Shown here: positions 10,695-21,302 of the stretch, piece after piece | Layout of the letters: every line of letters starts with the position of its first letter | Position numbering within the stretch: position 1 is the stretch's first letter | Assembly: GCA_963743915.1 (NCBI GenBank) | Contig: CAVURN010000003.1 | Location: 1 to 64,000 of the forward strand | Source of the DNA: an uncultured Actinomycetota bacterium | GTDB lineage: Bacteria; Actinomycetota; Actinomycetes; JAHEKZ01 | Length of the DNA: 64,000 nucleotides | Reading direction: 5' to 3' | Notes under the pieces: model-generated | What the model saw: only the letters and a program-made list of their open reading frames with translations | Told to the model about the DNA's origin: nothing | Databases searched by the model: none | Position numbers and translations under genes: made by a program

Positions 10695-13025
10695 CTACTC
10701 CTCGCCGACGGTGATGCTCCGGCGCTTGCTGACCACCACGGCGCCGACCACGATCGCGACCGCAACCACCGCAATCAGGATGCGCAGCCCGGTGTTGGCG
10801 TCGTCGCCGATCGACAGCTGCACGACGGCTGGGGCGATGAGCAGGGCGACCAGGTTCATCACCTTGATCAGCGGGTTGATCGCCGGACCTGCGGTGTCCT
10901 TGAACGGGTCACCGACGGTGTCACCGATCACGGTGGCCTCGTGGGGCTCGGATCCCTTGCCGCCGTAGTTGCCGTCCTCGACGAACTTCTTGGCGTTGTC
11001 CCACGCGCCACCGGAGTTGGCCAGGAAGATCGCCATCAGCAGACCCGTGGCGATGGTGCCGGCGAGGAAGGCTCCAAGCGCACCCACGCCGAGACCGAAT
11101 CCGACGGCGATCGGCGTGAGCACCGCGAGCAGGCCTGGTGTCGCCAGCTCACGGAGCGAGTCGCGCGTGACGATGTCGACGACCTTGCCGTACTCAGGTC
11201 GCTCGCTGTAGTCCATGATCCCGGGGTGCTCGCGGAACTGCCGCCGCACCTCGAAGATCACCGCACCCGCAGCGCGGGAGACCGCGTTGATGGCCAGACC
11301 CGAGAAGAGGAACACCACGGCCGCACCGATCAGCAGGCCGACCAGGTTGCGCGGGTTCGACACGTCGAGGATGCCCGCGTACTGCGCGAGGTCGATCTCC
11401 GGCAGCGCGCGCAAGGCGTCGGCGCCGGCGTCCTGGGTGGCGGTGATGATGCCCTCACGGAACGAGCCGAACAGGGCCGTCGCCGCGAGCACCGCCGTGG
11501 CGATCGCGATGCCCTTGGTGATGGCCTTCGTGGTGTTGCCTACCGCGTCCAGGCTGGTCAGGATCTGCGCACCTTCGCCGGTGACGTCCCCGGACATCTC
11601 GGCGATGCCCTGGGCGTTGTCGGAGACCGGGCCGAAGGTGTCCATCGCGACGATGACACCGACCGTCGTCAGCAGCCCGGTACCGGCCAGGGCGACGGCG
11701 AACAGCGCCAGAGTGATCGACCCGGCACCGAGCAGGAAGGCTCCGTAGACGGCCGCACCGATGAGCAGCGCGGAGTAGACCGCGGACTCCAGGCCCAGGG
11801 AGATGCCGGACAGGATCACCGTCGCAGGGCCGGTGAGCGACGACTTGGCCACGTCGTCGACTGGCTTTCGGTTCGTCTCGGTGAAGTAGCCGGTCAGCTG
11901 CTGAATGGCTGCCGCCAGCACGATGCCGATCAGCACCGCACCGATCGTGAGGAGCCGCAGGTTGTACGAGTCGACGTCGACGGCCGCGAAGGTGCCGGAG
12001 TCACCGGAGACCACCACGCCCGTGAGGTCGATCGCCCGGGCCGGGATCAGCCAGAAGGACGCCAGCGCCACGAGCACCGCGGACACGACCGCGGAGATGA
12101 AGAACCCGCGGTTGATCGCCGTCATGCCGGAGCGGTCGCCCGGACGCGGCACGATCGAGAGGATGCCGATGACCGCGGTGATGACACCGATGGCCGGGAC
12201 GATGAGCGGGAAGACCAGCCCGATGTCGCCGAAGGCGGCCTTGCCCAGGATCAGCGCCGCGACGAGCGTGACCGCGTACGACTCGAACAGGTCGGCGGCC
12301 ATGCCCGCGCAGTCGCCGACGTTGTCACCGACGTTGTCGGCGATCGTCGCGGCGTTGCGGGGGTCGTCCTCGGGGATGCCCTGCTCGACCTTGCCGACCA
12401 GGTCGGCGCCGACGTCCGCCGCCTTGGTGAAGATCCCGCCGCCGACACGCATGAACATGGCGAGCATCGCGGCACCGAAGCCGAAGCCCTCCAGGACCAC
12501 GGGGGCATCGCCCTTGTAGATCAGCACGACGGTGGCCGCACCGAGCAGGCCGAGACCGACGGTGAACATGCCGGCGACGCCGCCGGTGCGGATCGCGATC
12601 TTCATGGCGGGCTGCTCGCCCGACTCGTTCGCCGCGGCGGCGACGCGCACGTTCGCCCGGACCGCCAGCCACATGCCGACGTAGCCGGTGACCGCCGAGA
12701 ACACCGCACCGACCACGAAGAAGATCGAGCGGCCGATGCGCTCGCCGGTGGTGTCAGCCGGCAGGAGGAAGAGCACGAAGAACACGACGACCGCGAAGAC
12801 CGAGAGCGTCCGGAACTGCCGCGTGAGGTAGGCCGAGGCGCCCTCCTGCACCGCCTTGGCGATCTCCTGCATCTTGGCGGTGCCCTCGGAGGCCGTCAGC
12901 ACCTCGCGCACCAGCAGGCCCGCGACGCCGATCGCGGCGACGGAGATCGCCGCGACGATCGCCACATAGGTGAGCTGCTCCGAGCTCAACGAGATCGCGG
13001 ACTCACCCATGGCGAGCAACGACAT
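10695..13025 (-). CDS. hppA: Membrane-bound pyrophosphatase, K+-independent H+-pumping type
   Basis: DVGADLVGKVE, EDDPRN, DNVGDNVGD, GNTTKA (Lys marks the K+-independent type), GDTVGDPFKD. Confidence 0.95.
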   Translation of the reverse strand: MSLLAMGESAISLSSEQLTYVAIVAAISVAAIGVAGLLVREVLTASEGTAKMQEIAKAVQEGASAYLTRQFRTLSVFAVVVFFVLFLLPADTTGERIGRSIFFVVGAVFSAVTGYVGMWLAVRANVRVAAAANESGEQPAMKIAIRTGGVAGMFTVGLGLLGAATVVLIYKGDAPVVLEGFGFGAAMLAMFMRVGGGIFTKAADVGADLVGKVEQGIPEDDPRNAATIADNVGDNVGDCAGMAADLFESYAVTLVAALILGKAAFGDIGLVFPLIVPAIGVITAVIGILSIVPRPGDRSGMTAINRGFFISAVVSAVLVALASFWLIPARAIDLTGVVVSGDSGTFAAVDVDSYNLRLLTIGAVLIGIVLAAAIQQLTGYFTETNRKPVDDVAKSSLTGPATVILSGISLGLESAVYSALLIGAAVYGAFLLGAGSITLALFAVALAGTGLLTTVGVIVAMDTFGPVSDNAQGIAEMSGDVTGEGAQILTSLDAVGNTTKAITKGIAIATAVLAATALFGSFREGIITATQDAGADALRALPEIDLAQYAGILDVSNPRNLVGLLIGAAVVFLFSGLAINAVSRAAGAVIFEVRRQFREHPGIMDYSERPEYGKVVDIVTRDSLRELATPGLLAVLTPIAVGFGLGVGALGAFLAGTIATGLLMAIFLANSGGAWDNAKKFVEDGNYGGKGSEPHEATVIGDTVGDPFKDTAGPAINPLIKVMNLVALLIAPAVVQLSIGDDANTGLRILIAVVAVAIVVGAVVVSKRRSITVGEE

Positions 13026-13212
13026 CAGTCCTCCTCTAGGGGCACGCGCGGTCCGGCGTTCACCGGCCAGGCGTCGAACAAGCCGCTGGGGAGTCTATTC
13101 AGGGCCCGTTCGCGCTCGGTAAGGGTCCCCGCAAGTCGGCTCCCTCCTGCAGATCACGAGACGGTCACGGCGCGCCCGACCCAGCCCTCGCGACCTGGGC
13201 CAGACTGGACCC

Positions 13213-15513
13213 ATGCCCGATCCGGACGCCCTGCTCGAACGCCTGGCGTCCAGCAGCAGCCGACGACACCGGCTGACCCACGTCGAACGGCTGCCGGAGC
13301 GCGCCGGACGGACCGCCGACTGGCCCCGCTGGCTGCACCCCGATCTGCGGGCGGCGGTCGAGGCGCAGGGCATCCGCGAGCCGTGGGAGCACCAGGTGGC
13401 GCTCGCGGAGCTGGGCCATGCCGGCCGGTCGGCCGTGATCGCGACCGGAACGGCGTCCGGCAAGTCGCTCGCCTACCTGCTGCCCGCCGTGCACGAGGTG
13501 CTCACCAGCCGGGACGCCGGGGTCGAGCGTGGCGCGTCCGTCCTCTACCTGAGCCCGACCAAGGCACTCGCCGCCGACCAGATGCGACGGATCACCGCCC
13601 TCGAGGTGGACGGGCTACGGGTCGCGACGTACGACGGGGACACACCCGGTGAGGAACGTGAGTGGGTTCGCAGCCACGCGAACCTCGTGCTGACCAATCC
13701 CGACATGCTCCATCACTCGATGCTTCCGGGCCACACGCGATGGGCGTCCTTCCTGCGACGTCTCGAGTTCGTCGTCATCGACGAGATGCACCACTACCGC
13801 GGCCTCTTCGGTGCACACGTGGCGGCGATCGTGCGGCGGCTGCGTCGCGTCGCGGCCCGGTACGGCGCCGAGCCGACCTTTCTGCTGGCGTCGGCCACGG
13901 CGTCCGACCCCGAGCTGACCGCCCTCCGCCTCACCGGCGTCCCCTGCGCGGCCGTCACCGACGACGCCTCACCGCGCGGTTCGACGGTGTTCGCGCTGTG
14001 GGAGCCGCCCCTGACCGAGCTCCACGGCGAGCACGGCGCACCGGTGCGACGCACGGCGGCAGCCGAGGTGGCGTCGCTGCTGGCGGACCTCGTGGTGCAG
14101 GACGTCCGTACCCTCGCCTTCGTGCGCTCCCGCCGCGGCGCCGAGGTGGTGGCGCTCCTCGCCCGGCACGCGCTGGCCGAGGTCGAGCCCGCTCTCGCGC
14201 GCACGGTCGCCGCCTACCGCGCGGGATTCCTGCCGGAGGAGCGCCGGCTGCTCGAGCGACGGCTGACGTCCGGCGACCTGCGCGGGGTCGCCGCCACCAA
14301 CGCCCTGGAGCTCGGCATCGACGTGTCGGGACTGGACGCAGTGCTGCTGGCCGGCTGGCCAGGTACGCGTGCGTCGCTCTGGCAGCAGGCTGGACGCGCC
14401 GGGCGCTCGGGGCAGGGGGCGCTGGCCATGCTCATCGCGCGCGACGACCCGCTCGACACGTACCTGGTGCACCACCCGGAGGCGATCTTCGGCCAGCCGG
14501 TCGAGGCGACGGTGTTCGACCCGGACAACCCGTACGTGCTCGGTCCGCACCTGGCCGCGGCAGCGGCCGAGCTGCCTTTGACCGACAGCGACCTCGACCT
14601 CTTCGGCGACCGCACCAAGGAGCTGCTCGACGCGCTCGTGGACCGCGGATGGCTGAGGCGTCGCAGCACCGGCTGGTTCTGGACCAAGCGAGAGCGGGCC
14701 GGTGACCTGGCCGACCTTCGCGGGATCGGCGGGACGCCGGTGCGGGTCGTCGAGAGCGCGACAGGTCGCCTGCTCGGGACCGTCGACCCAGGGGCGTCGC
14801 ACACGACGGTGCACACCGGCGCGGTGTACGTCCACCAGGGCGAGAGCTACGTCGTGCGCTCGCTCGACCTCTCGGACAGCGTCGCCCTGGTCGACCCGGC
14901 GCAGCCGGACTACACCACGTCCGCCCGTGAGCTCACGGACATCACCGTGCTGGAGAGCGAACGCGTCCAGCCGCTGGGTGCAGCCACCTTGCACTTCGGG
15001 TCGGTCGAGGTGACCCGGCAGGTCGTCTCGTTCCTGCGGCGGCGGATCGCCTCGGGAGAGGTGCTGGGCGAGGAGCCGCTCGACCTCCCGCCACGCACGC
15101 TGCGCACCCGCGCCGTGTGGTGGACTCTGCCGACGACGGCGGTCGGCGTCGCCGAGGTGGCGGAGGCCGACCTGCCCGGGTCGCTGCACGCGGCCGAGCA
15201 CGCGAGCATCGGCCTGCTCCCGCTCTTCGCCACGTGTGACCGGTGGGACATCGGGGGCGTCTCGACCGCCCACCACCCGGACACCGGGGTGCCGACGGTC
15301 TTCGTCTACGACGGGGCCGCCGGCGGCGCGGGGTTCGCCGAGCACGGCTTCGAACGCGCGGCGCAGTGGCTGGGCGCCACCCGTCAGGTGATCAACGACT
15401 GCGAGTGCCTCGACGGCTGCCCCTCCTGCATCCAGTCACCGAAGTGCGGCAACGGGAACGACCCGCTGGACAAGGACGGCGCGGTCCGTCTGCTCGAGCT
15501 GCTGATGGACTGA
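13213..15513 (+). CDS. DEAH-box helicase with C-terminal DUF1998 (SftH/Rv3649-like)
   Basis: TGTASGKS, DEMH, SAT, QQAGRAGR, C-terminal CECLDGCPSC. Confidence 0.93.
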   Translation: MPDPDALLERLASSSSRRHRLTHVERLPERAGRTADWPRWLHPDLRAAVEAQGIREPWEHQVALAELGHAGRSAVIATGTASGKSLAYLLPAVHEVLTSRDAGVERGASVLYLSPTKALAADQMRRITALEVDGLRVATYDGDTPGEEREWVRSHANLVLTNPDMLHHSMLPGHTRWASFLRRLEFVVIDEMHHYRGLFGAHVAAIVRRLRRVAARYGAEPTFLLASATASDPELTALRLTGVPCAAVTDDASPRGSTVFALWEPPLTELHGEHGAPVRRTAAAEVASLLADLVVQDVRTLAFVRSRRGAEVVALLARHALAEVEPALARTVAAYRAGFLPEERRLLERRLTSGDLRGVAATNALELGIDVSGLDAVLLAGWPGTRASLWQQAGRAGRSGQGALAMLIARDDPLDTYLVHHPEAIFGQPVEATVFDPDNPYVLGPHLAAAAAELPLTDSDLDLFGDRTKELLDALVDRGWLRRRSTGWFWTKRERAGDLADLRGIGGTPVRVVESATGRLLGTVDPGASHTTVHTGAVYVHQGESYVVRSLDLSDSVALVDPAQPDYTTSARELTDITVLESERVQPLGAATLHFGSVEVTRQVVSFLRRRIASGEVLGEEPLDLPPRTLRTRAVWWTLPTTAVGVAEVAEADLPGSLHAAEHASIGLLPLFATCDRWDIGGVSTAHHPDTGVPTVFVYDGAAGGAGFAEHGFERAAQWLGATRQVINDCECLDGCPSCIQSPKCGNGNDPLDKDGAVRLLELLMD

Positions 15514-15518
15514 CGCGG

Positions 15519-15858
15519 TCACCCAGCGGACACCGGCCCGGGCCGTGGCCCGCGTGCCTGGCGCTAGGGCGATCCCAGTCGGCACGGCGACCTCGACGAG
15601 CAGCGAGGTGTCGGCGAGGTCGCAGCGGGTGAGGCTGGCACCGTTCGCGGACGCCACGCGTCGCGCCCACGCACATGCGACGGCGACGTCGCTCAGCGAG
15701 TGCTGTGCCCCTGCGAGGGCCGCCAGATCGGCCGCCCGCACCGCCTGACGGTGACTGGCCAGCAGCGACGCGACGAGCACCACCGGCACGGACGCCGCGA
15801 GGACGAACGCCGCAGCGGCCAGGACGAGGACCGACGCGGATCCACGCTCCCCTGTCAC
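15519..15858 (-). CDS. TadE-like (Rv3654c family) pseudopilin; 3' end uncertain
   Basis: ERGSASV prepilin-like site, AADLAALAGA, ACAWARRVASANGA; position in tad operon. Confidence 0.8.
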
Positions 15859-16240
15859 GGCACGACCACGCCAGGCTCGAGGGCCGCCACCGCGGTGACG
15901 TCCGGCGCCGGAAGGGTGAGGGGCCCCCAGCGGCGCGGCGGGGCCGACACACCGACCCGCACCACGGTTCCGTCGCTGGAGATGTCGACGGTCGCGTCCC
16001 TGCAGGTGCGAGCGCCCGGATCCGGTCGAGGATCTCGTCGCGGTCGACGCCGATCGACAGCGAGCGCGCACCGGAGCGGGCGGCGTCCGAGGCGCGGGCG
16101 GCGTCCCCCGCCACCGCGACCAGGGTGATGATGAGTGAGGTGACGAGGGCGAGGACGGGCAGGACCACGGCGAGCTCGGCGGTCACCATGCCTTGGTCGC
16201 TCGGCGCCGGCTGCGGGCGGGCGCAGCGGCCGACACCAGG
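15855..16240 (-). CDS. TadE-family minor pilin (Rv3655c-like), frameshifted; start approximate
   Basis: DQGMVTAELAVVLP, DAARSGAR. Confidence 0.8.
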
Positions 16241-16262
16241 TGCCGGCCGCCCCGCCCGTCGC

Positions 16263-16442
16263 TCAGAACAGCACCGAGAACGCATTGTCGATGGCCTTCT
16301 TGAGCAGGTCCTGCACCCAGTCGCTTCCCAGCAGCTCGATCAGCGTGCCGGCGAAGCCGCAGGCCGCGACGGTCCCGACGGCGTACTCCGCCGTCGTCAT
16401 CCCCTCGTCTCCGTGCAGCCGCTGCCGCAGCTTCCGCATCAT
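16263..16442 (-). CDS. Flp pilin (DUF4244)
   Basis: GDEGMTTAEYAVGTVAACGFA; AGGAGG RBS. Confidence 0.92.
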   Translation of the reverse strand: MMRKLRQRLHGDEGMTTAEYAVGTVAACGFAGTLIELLGSDWVQDLLKKAIDNAFSVLF

Positions 16443-16546
16443 GTGACCTCCTGGTGTCCGACAGCCGGTCGGGACGGGCGACCCGACAGGTCGCGTCCGC
16501 AGGGTGGCCCGACGACCGACTACCGATGTGGGCGCCGGACCCGTGG

Positions 16547-16585
16547 CTGCGGACAAGCCGGGACCGAGCACGCTGTGGACGGAGC
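16547..16585. promoter_or_regulatory. Paired TGTGGAC-like boxes upstream of flp
   Basis: CTGCGGACAA at 16547 and CTGTGGACGG at 16573 (26-bp offset). Confidence 0.5.
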
Positions 16586-16590
16586 GCGAC

Positions 16591-17310
16591 TCACCCGACC
16601 AGCAGACCCCACGGCAGAAGCGACACGACGAGGGGGACGACGGCCACCAGAACGAACGCGGGCAGGAAGCAGAGCCCCAGCGGGCCGGTGGCCCTGACGC
16701 CGAGCGTGCGTGCGGCGTCCAGGGCCACGAGCCGCGCCTGCTGGCGATGCTGCTCCGCAAGCATCGAGAGCATCGGGGCGACGGCTGCGCCGGTGGTGCT
16801 CGTTCGTCTGAGCAAGGAGGCGACCGACTGGAGGTCTGCAGCGTCCACGAGGGACCACGCCTCATCAGCCGCCGCTCCCCTCTGCATCGCCGCCGCGACG
16901 GTCTCGAGGTCGTCGGCCAGGGAGCCGCCGACAGCCACCGCGACCTCGTGCAGGGCGCGGTCGGGAGTGGTTCCGACCAGGAGGCAAGAGGCGAGCAGGT
17001 CGACGGCTACCGGCAGCTCGAGAGCGCGCCGGGCTGTGCGCTGCACGTCCCGCTCGCTGACCCGCGACGCACCACGTCGCAGCAGCAGACCCATCGCGAC
17101 CGCCCCGATGATCCAGCCGACGAGGCCGCCGAGCACCCAGACGGCGAGCAGCCCAGCGCCGAGCGGGACCGCGACGCGAGGCAGCGAACGCGGTGACGAC
17201 GCGACCGTCTCGAGCGGCCCGAGCCGGTCGCGGGCCGTCGTCGACGTCGGCAGCAGGAAGGCGACGGCGAGGGCGGCGAAGAGTGCCGCGGACAGGACCA
17301 GCACGGTCAC
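16591..17310 (-). CDS. TadC-like type II secretion F-family protein
   Basis: ELPVAVDLLASCL, PLGLCFLPAF. Confidence 0.88.
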   Translation of the reverse strand: MTVLVLSAALFAALAVAFLLPTSTTARDRLGPLETVASSPRSLPRVAVPLGAGLLAVWVLGGLVGWIIGAVAMGLLLRRGASRVSERDVQRTARRALELPVAVDLLASCLLVGTTPDRALHEVAVAVGGSLADDLETVAAAMQRGAAADEAWSLVDAADLQSVASLLRRTSTTGAAVAPMLSMLAEQHRQQARLVALDAARTLGVRATGPLGLCFLPAFVLVAVVPLVVSLLPWGLLVG

Positions 17311-17973
17311 CAACGCAGGGTGCGGAGCACGGACTCGACCTGACGGCTCAACCACCACCAGCCTGCCGCACCGAGTGCGCCTCCGAGAGCGAGGCAGGCG
17401 GCCCCGAGGGGTGTGCCGAGGAGCACCGAGAGGGGATCGGCGCCGACCACCTGGCCCATGACCACCGCCAGCACGGGAACCGTCGCGAGCACCCATGCGG
17501 TGGCCCGCACCGAAGCCAGCTGCCCGCGCACCTCGTCACCGACCTCGTGCTCGTGGCGCATGGCGACCGCCACCCGGTCGAGGGCGTCCGCGAGACCGGC
17601 CCCTGAGGCGTCCGCGAGCCGCCAGCACGTGGCCAGGGGTTGCAGCCCTCCCCAACCCGGGATGCTCGCCCACCGGTGCAGGACGTCGGCCGGCTCGGCA
17701 TCCGGAACGACAGCAGAGGGCAGCCGGTCCGACTGCTCGGTGACGACGGCGTGCCACGCCTCGCCGGGTGTCCGACCCGCCCGCAGCTCGGAGGCCAGCG
17801 CTGCGGCCAGCGCCGCGACGTCGAGCGTGCGCGGCTTCGCCCGCGTCGCGGGCGTAGCCCACCTGCGCCGTCGTCGGGACGAGCGCCACAGGGCGCCGCG
17901 TCGGGGGGTCGAAGGGACCCACCACCAGGCGGCCGCCGCTGCCAGGATCGCCGCGACGACCACGCGCTGTCAT
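17307..17973 (-). CDS. TadB-like type II secretion F-family protein
   Basis: LASELRAGRTP, SGAGLADALDRVA, ATAWVLATVP. Confidence 0.88.
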
Positions 17974-19029
17974 GGCAGCGCTCGGGCTTCGGGAAGACGA
18001 CTGTTCCAGCCGGCCGCACCGACATCGGGCCGCAGACGTCCGTCGTCGGAGACGGTGAAGGCCGGGACCACGGTCACCTCGTCCCCGGACCGCTCGACGA
18101 GGGCGAGGGTCGTCAACCGCCGTACATCCCGAGGTGTCGCGCTCGAGGTGCACGACGACCTGCACGGCCACCGCGACGAGGCGGGTCACGGCGAACTGTG
18201 AGAGTCCCCCCAGCGCGCCCAGCGCCTCGAGGCGAGCGACGACGTCGACCGCGGAGTTCGCGTGAACCGTGCTGCACCCCCCGGCGTGACCGGTGTTCAG
18301 GGCGGTGAGCAGGTCGACCACCTCGGCGCCGCGCACCTCGCCGACGACGATCCGGTCAGGACGCATGCGCAGCGTCTGGCGGACCAGGTGCTGCAAGGTG
18401 ACCACTCCTGCGCCCTCGATGTTCGGTGGACGGGTCTGCGCTCGCACCACGTGCGGATGCCGGGGGGCGAGCTCGCGCGTGTCCTCGACGACCACCAGCC
18501 GCTCGCACGGATCGACCTCGCCGAGCAGTGCGTTGAGCAAGGTGGTCTTGCCCGAGCCGGTCCCGCCCGAGATCAGGAAGGACGCGCGCCGCGCGAGCAC
18601 CTGCCGGAGCAACGGCTCGGCGTCCTCCGGCACCATGCCGGAGCTCACGAGGTCGGAGAGCGTCCACACCCGGTGCCGCGGCACGCGGAGGGTGACGGTG
18701 ACCTGCTCGACGATCGGGGGAAGGACCGCGTGCAGGCGGACTCCGTGCGGCAGCGGTGCGTCGACGAACGGGGAGGCGTCGTCGAGCCGCCGCCCCACGG
18801 AGCCGGCCAGTCTCGCGGCGAAGCGGCGCAGGGCGACCTCGTCGGGGAAGCGGATCGGCGTGCGTCGCATGCCGTCACCGCGGTCGACCCACACCTCCGT
18901 CGGCCCGTTCACGGTGATGTCGGTGACGCTGACATCAGCGAGCAGTGGTGCGAGCGGTCCGAAGCCGTGGAGGTCGCCTGCGAGCGACTGGGTGAGCAGC
19001 CGCACGGACGCCCCGGCCGCTGCGGTCAC
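17970..19029 (-). CDS. TadA/CpaF pilus assembly ATPase (frameshift near 3' end)
   Basis: SGGTGSGKTT, LRMRPDRIVVGEVRG, LNTGHAG. Confidence 0.93.
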
Positions 19030-20062
19030 GCGAACACCGCCGGGCGGACAACATCCATGGCCTCGCACACCGAGCGCCAGGCAGAGCCCGATGGCATTCC
19101 GCCGCCCAGCTCTTCGACCTCCGCCCGGCGGCGGTCGTGCGGAAGGACGGCGGCTACTGGGTGGCCGAGGGCGCGCTCGACGTCCACGGGCGTGACGCCC
19201 GGAGGGTGCAGGTTCGCGCACCACGATCACCGGCGTCGGTGTCTGAGGGAGCAGACGGAGGTGTCGCCGAGCAGCGGTGACGGCCCGCACCCGCAGGGGG
19301 ACGACGACCACGACCCGCTGACAGCGCGCCAGCATGGCCTGGGCGCGGACGTCCACCGCACGACCGGCGTCGAGGACGACGGTGCCCGCCTGTTGGGAGA
19401 GTGCGTCGACCACATGGCCCACGGCGGTCAGATCAGGCTCGAGCGGTGCGTCCGTCGGCCAGCTGAGCAGGCGGACGCCATCGAGATCGGGCAATGCCTC
19501 GGTGAGCACCGTCGGATCGACGCGTCCGCTGACGCCGACGAGCTCGTTCCAGCGGGCGCCGGTCGTGTGCTCGGCGCCGAGCAGGAGGTCGAGCCCGCCC
19601 CCGCACGGGTCGAGGTCGACGAGCACGCTCGGACGGTCGTGGCGCGCCGCATGATGTGCCAGCGCTGCGGCCAGGGTGCTCGCTCCGGCTCCGCCGCTCG
19701 CACCCACGACGGCCACGAGGTCGGCGGCAGGCACTCCGTCGAGGCTGCTTCCCAGACGCTCGAAGAGCCATGGCGCACCCTCGGGCAGCTCCACGGCGTG
19801 CTCGGCGCCGATCTGCATGACGCTGCCGCCAGGTCTCGGCGTCCTCGATCGTCCGGCTGACCACCACCACGCCCGGCCGGTGCGGCAGCGCGCGCACCTC
19901 GTCCAGCAGCGAGGCGTCGAGCAGCACCAGCGGCGCCGACGTCCACTGGCGCAGTGCCGCGCCCAGGTCAGGGACGACGTCGACGTCGACGCGCGCCTCT
20001 CCGGCGACGGCGAGGACCGCGTCCAGCAGTCCGGCATCGGGCGTGACCAGCAGGGGGCGCAT
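19026..20062 (-). CDS. ssd: Septum site-determining protein Ssd (CpaE-like), frameshifted
   Basis: VGASGGAGAST, DLDPCGGGLDLLLGAE; first gene of the tad operon. Confidence 0.88.
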
Positions 20063-20133
20063 GGCGGGCTCCTCGGGGCGGTGGCCCGCAAGGCTGCCCG
20101 CTGCGGACGCGAGGCGCCCGGAGACCGGTTCGG

Positions 20134-20172
20134 CTGGGGAAAACAGGCGCACGAGGAGGCTGTGGACGGAGC
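20134..20172. promoter_or_regulatory. Paired TGTGGAC-like boxes upstream of ssd
   Basis: CTGGGGAAAA at 20134 and CTGTGGACGG at 20160. GCTGTGGACGGAGC is identical to the copy upstream of flp. Confidence 0.5.
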
Positions 20173-20181
20173 CGGACATGG

Positions 20182-20249
20182 GACGACCCCCGCCGGGGGG
20201 AGAGCGGGGGCCGTCAAGGCGTTTGGCCCCGGGGGGAGGAGCCAGACGC
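20182..20249 (-). ncRNA. 6C RNA (B11 homologue)
   Basis: Two hairpins, each with a CCCCCC loop (GCGTCTGGCTCC-TCCCCCC-GGGGCCAAACGC; GACGGCCCCCGC-TCTCCCCCCG-GCGGGGGTCGTC), at the conserved ssd/HAD position. Confidence 0.92.
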
Positions 20250-20404
20250 GTCTCTGGACCGCGGAGGACCAGATACCCACATGGTGTACCCGCGCCGCTA
20301 CGCAGCGCAATCGCGGAGGGCCGGAGCGCGCTCAACGACCCGGACAACCACCCGGTTGGCCCAATCCCAACGGGGGGTGCCCGAGCCACCTAGGGTCGGT
20401 GGTG

Positions 20405-21223
20405 ATGACGCGCTCCGCAGCCTTCTTCGACCTCGACAAGACGATCATCGCCCGGTCGAGCTCCTTGGCGTTCAGTCGCCCGTTCTACGCCAGCGGCCTG
20501 ATCAACCGACGCACCGTGCTGCGCAGCGCCTACGCGCAGTTCGTCTACCTCGTGGGCGGCGCCGACCACGACCAGATGGAGCGGATGCGTGAGTACCTGC
20601 AGTCGATGGTGGCCGGCTGGCCCGTCGCCCAGGTGCGCGATGTGGTGGCCGAGACCCTGCACGAGCTCATCGACCCCATCGTCTACGCAGAGGCCGTGAC
20701 GCTGATCGAGGAGCATCGAGCGGCGGGACGCGACATCGTCATCGTGAGCTCGTCGGGCGCCGAGGTGGTCGAGCCGATCGGTCTGATGCTCGGCGCCGAC
20801 CGCGTCGTCGCCACCCGGATGGTCATCGAGGACGGCCGGTACACCGGCGAGATCGAGTACTACGCCTACGGGCCCACCAAGGCCGACGCGATCCGTGAGA
20901 TGGCCGCCGAGCACGGCTACGACCTGACCGCGTCCTACGCCTACAGCGACTCACAGACGGACCTTCCGATGCTCGAGGCGGTGGGGCATCCGATCGTGGT
21001 CAACCCCGACCGCGAGCTGGCGCGCGTGGCGTCCGAGCGCGAGTGGCCCGTGCTCCGCTTCAACCGCCCGGTGGCGATGCGTCGCCGACTGCCGACCGTG
21101 CCCGACCTCGACCGGCAGCAGGCAGTCATCGGAGCAGGAGCCGCCGCAGCCCTGGTCGTGATGGCCGTGGTCGTCGCCACCGCCGTCGCGCACCGACGCC
21201 GGGTGACGCCCTCCGCCGCCTGA
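20405..21223 (+). CDS. HAD-IB hydrolase (Rv3661/CicA-like)
   Basis: AAFFDLDKTII, YAYSDSQTDLPML, VNPD; C-terminal TM segment. Confidence 0.92.
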   Translation: MTRSAAFFDLDKTIIARSSSLAFSRPFYASGLINRRTVLRSAYAQFVYLVGGADHDQMERMREYLQSMVAGWPVAQVRDVVAETLHELIDPIVYAEAVTLIEEHRAAGRDIVIVSSSGAEVVEPIGLMLGADRVVATRMVIEDGRYTGEIEYYAYGPTKADAIREMAAEHGYDLTASYAYSDSQTDLPMLEAVGHPIVVNPDRELARVASEREWPVLRFNRPVAMRRRLPTVPDLDRQQAVIGAGAAAALVVMAVVVATAVAHRRRVTPSAA

Positions 21224-21240
21224 CGGTGGCGCCGCGGACC

Positions 21241-21302
21241 GTCGAGTGGCGCGAAACGGGGCACTTGGCACACCTGAAGTCACCCCTTTCGCGCCACTCG
21301 GC
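21241..21302. repeat. 62-bp imperfect palindrome (REPIN-like), copy 1
   Basis: GTCGAGTGGCGCGAAACGGGGCACTT...AAGTCACCCCTTTCGCGCCACTCGGC; contains the stop codon of the DUF559 gene. Confidence 0.85.

Noticed and set aside
10668-13652. Long antisense ORFs (e.g. 994 aa here, 902 aa at 42189, 883 aa at 57391)
   Set aside because: Shadow ORFs of real genes in high-GC DNA, with no recognisable motifs.
3712-20062. Mass pseudogenisation (frameshifts in the TAP hydrolase, AIM24, holB, topA, tad genes and ssd)
   Set aside because: Essential genes are hit equally and the motifs are intact on both sides of each shift, which is typical of long-read indel errors.
15519-20062. Tad cluster as a novel conjugation or secretion island
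   Set aside because: It is the widely conserved actinobacterial ssd-tad locus (Rv3654c-Rv3660c).
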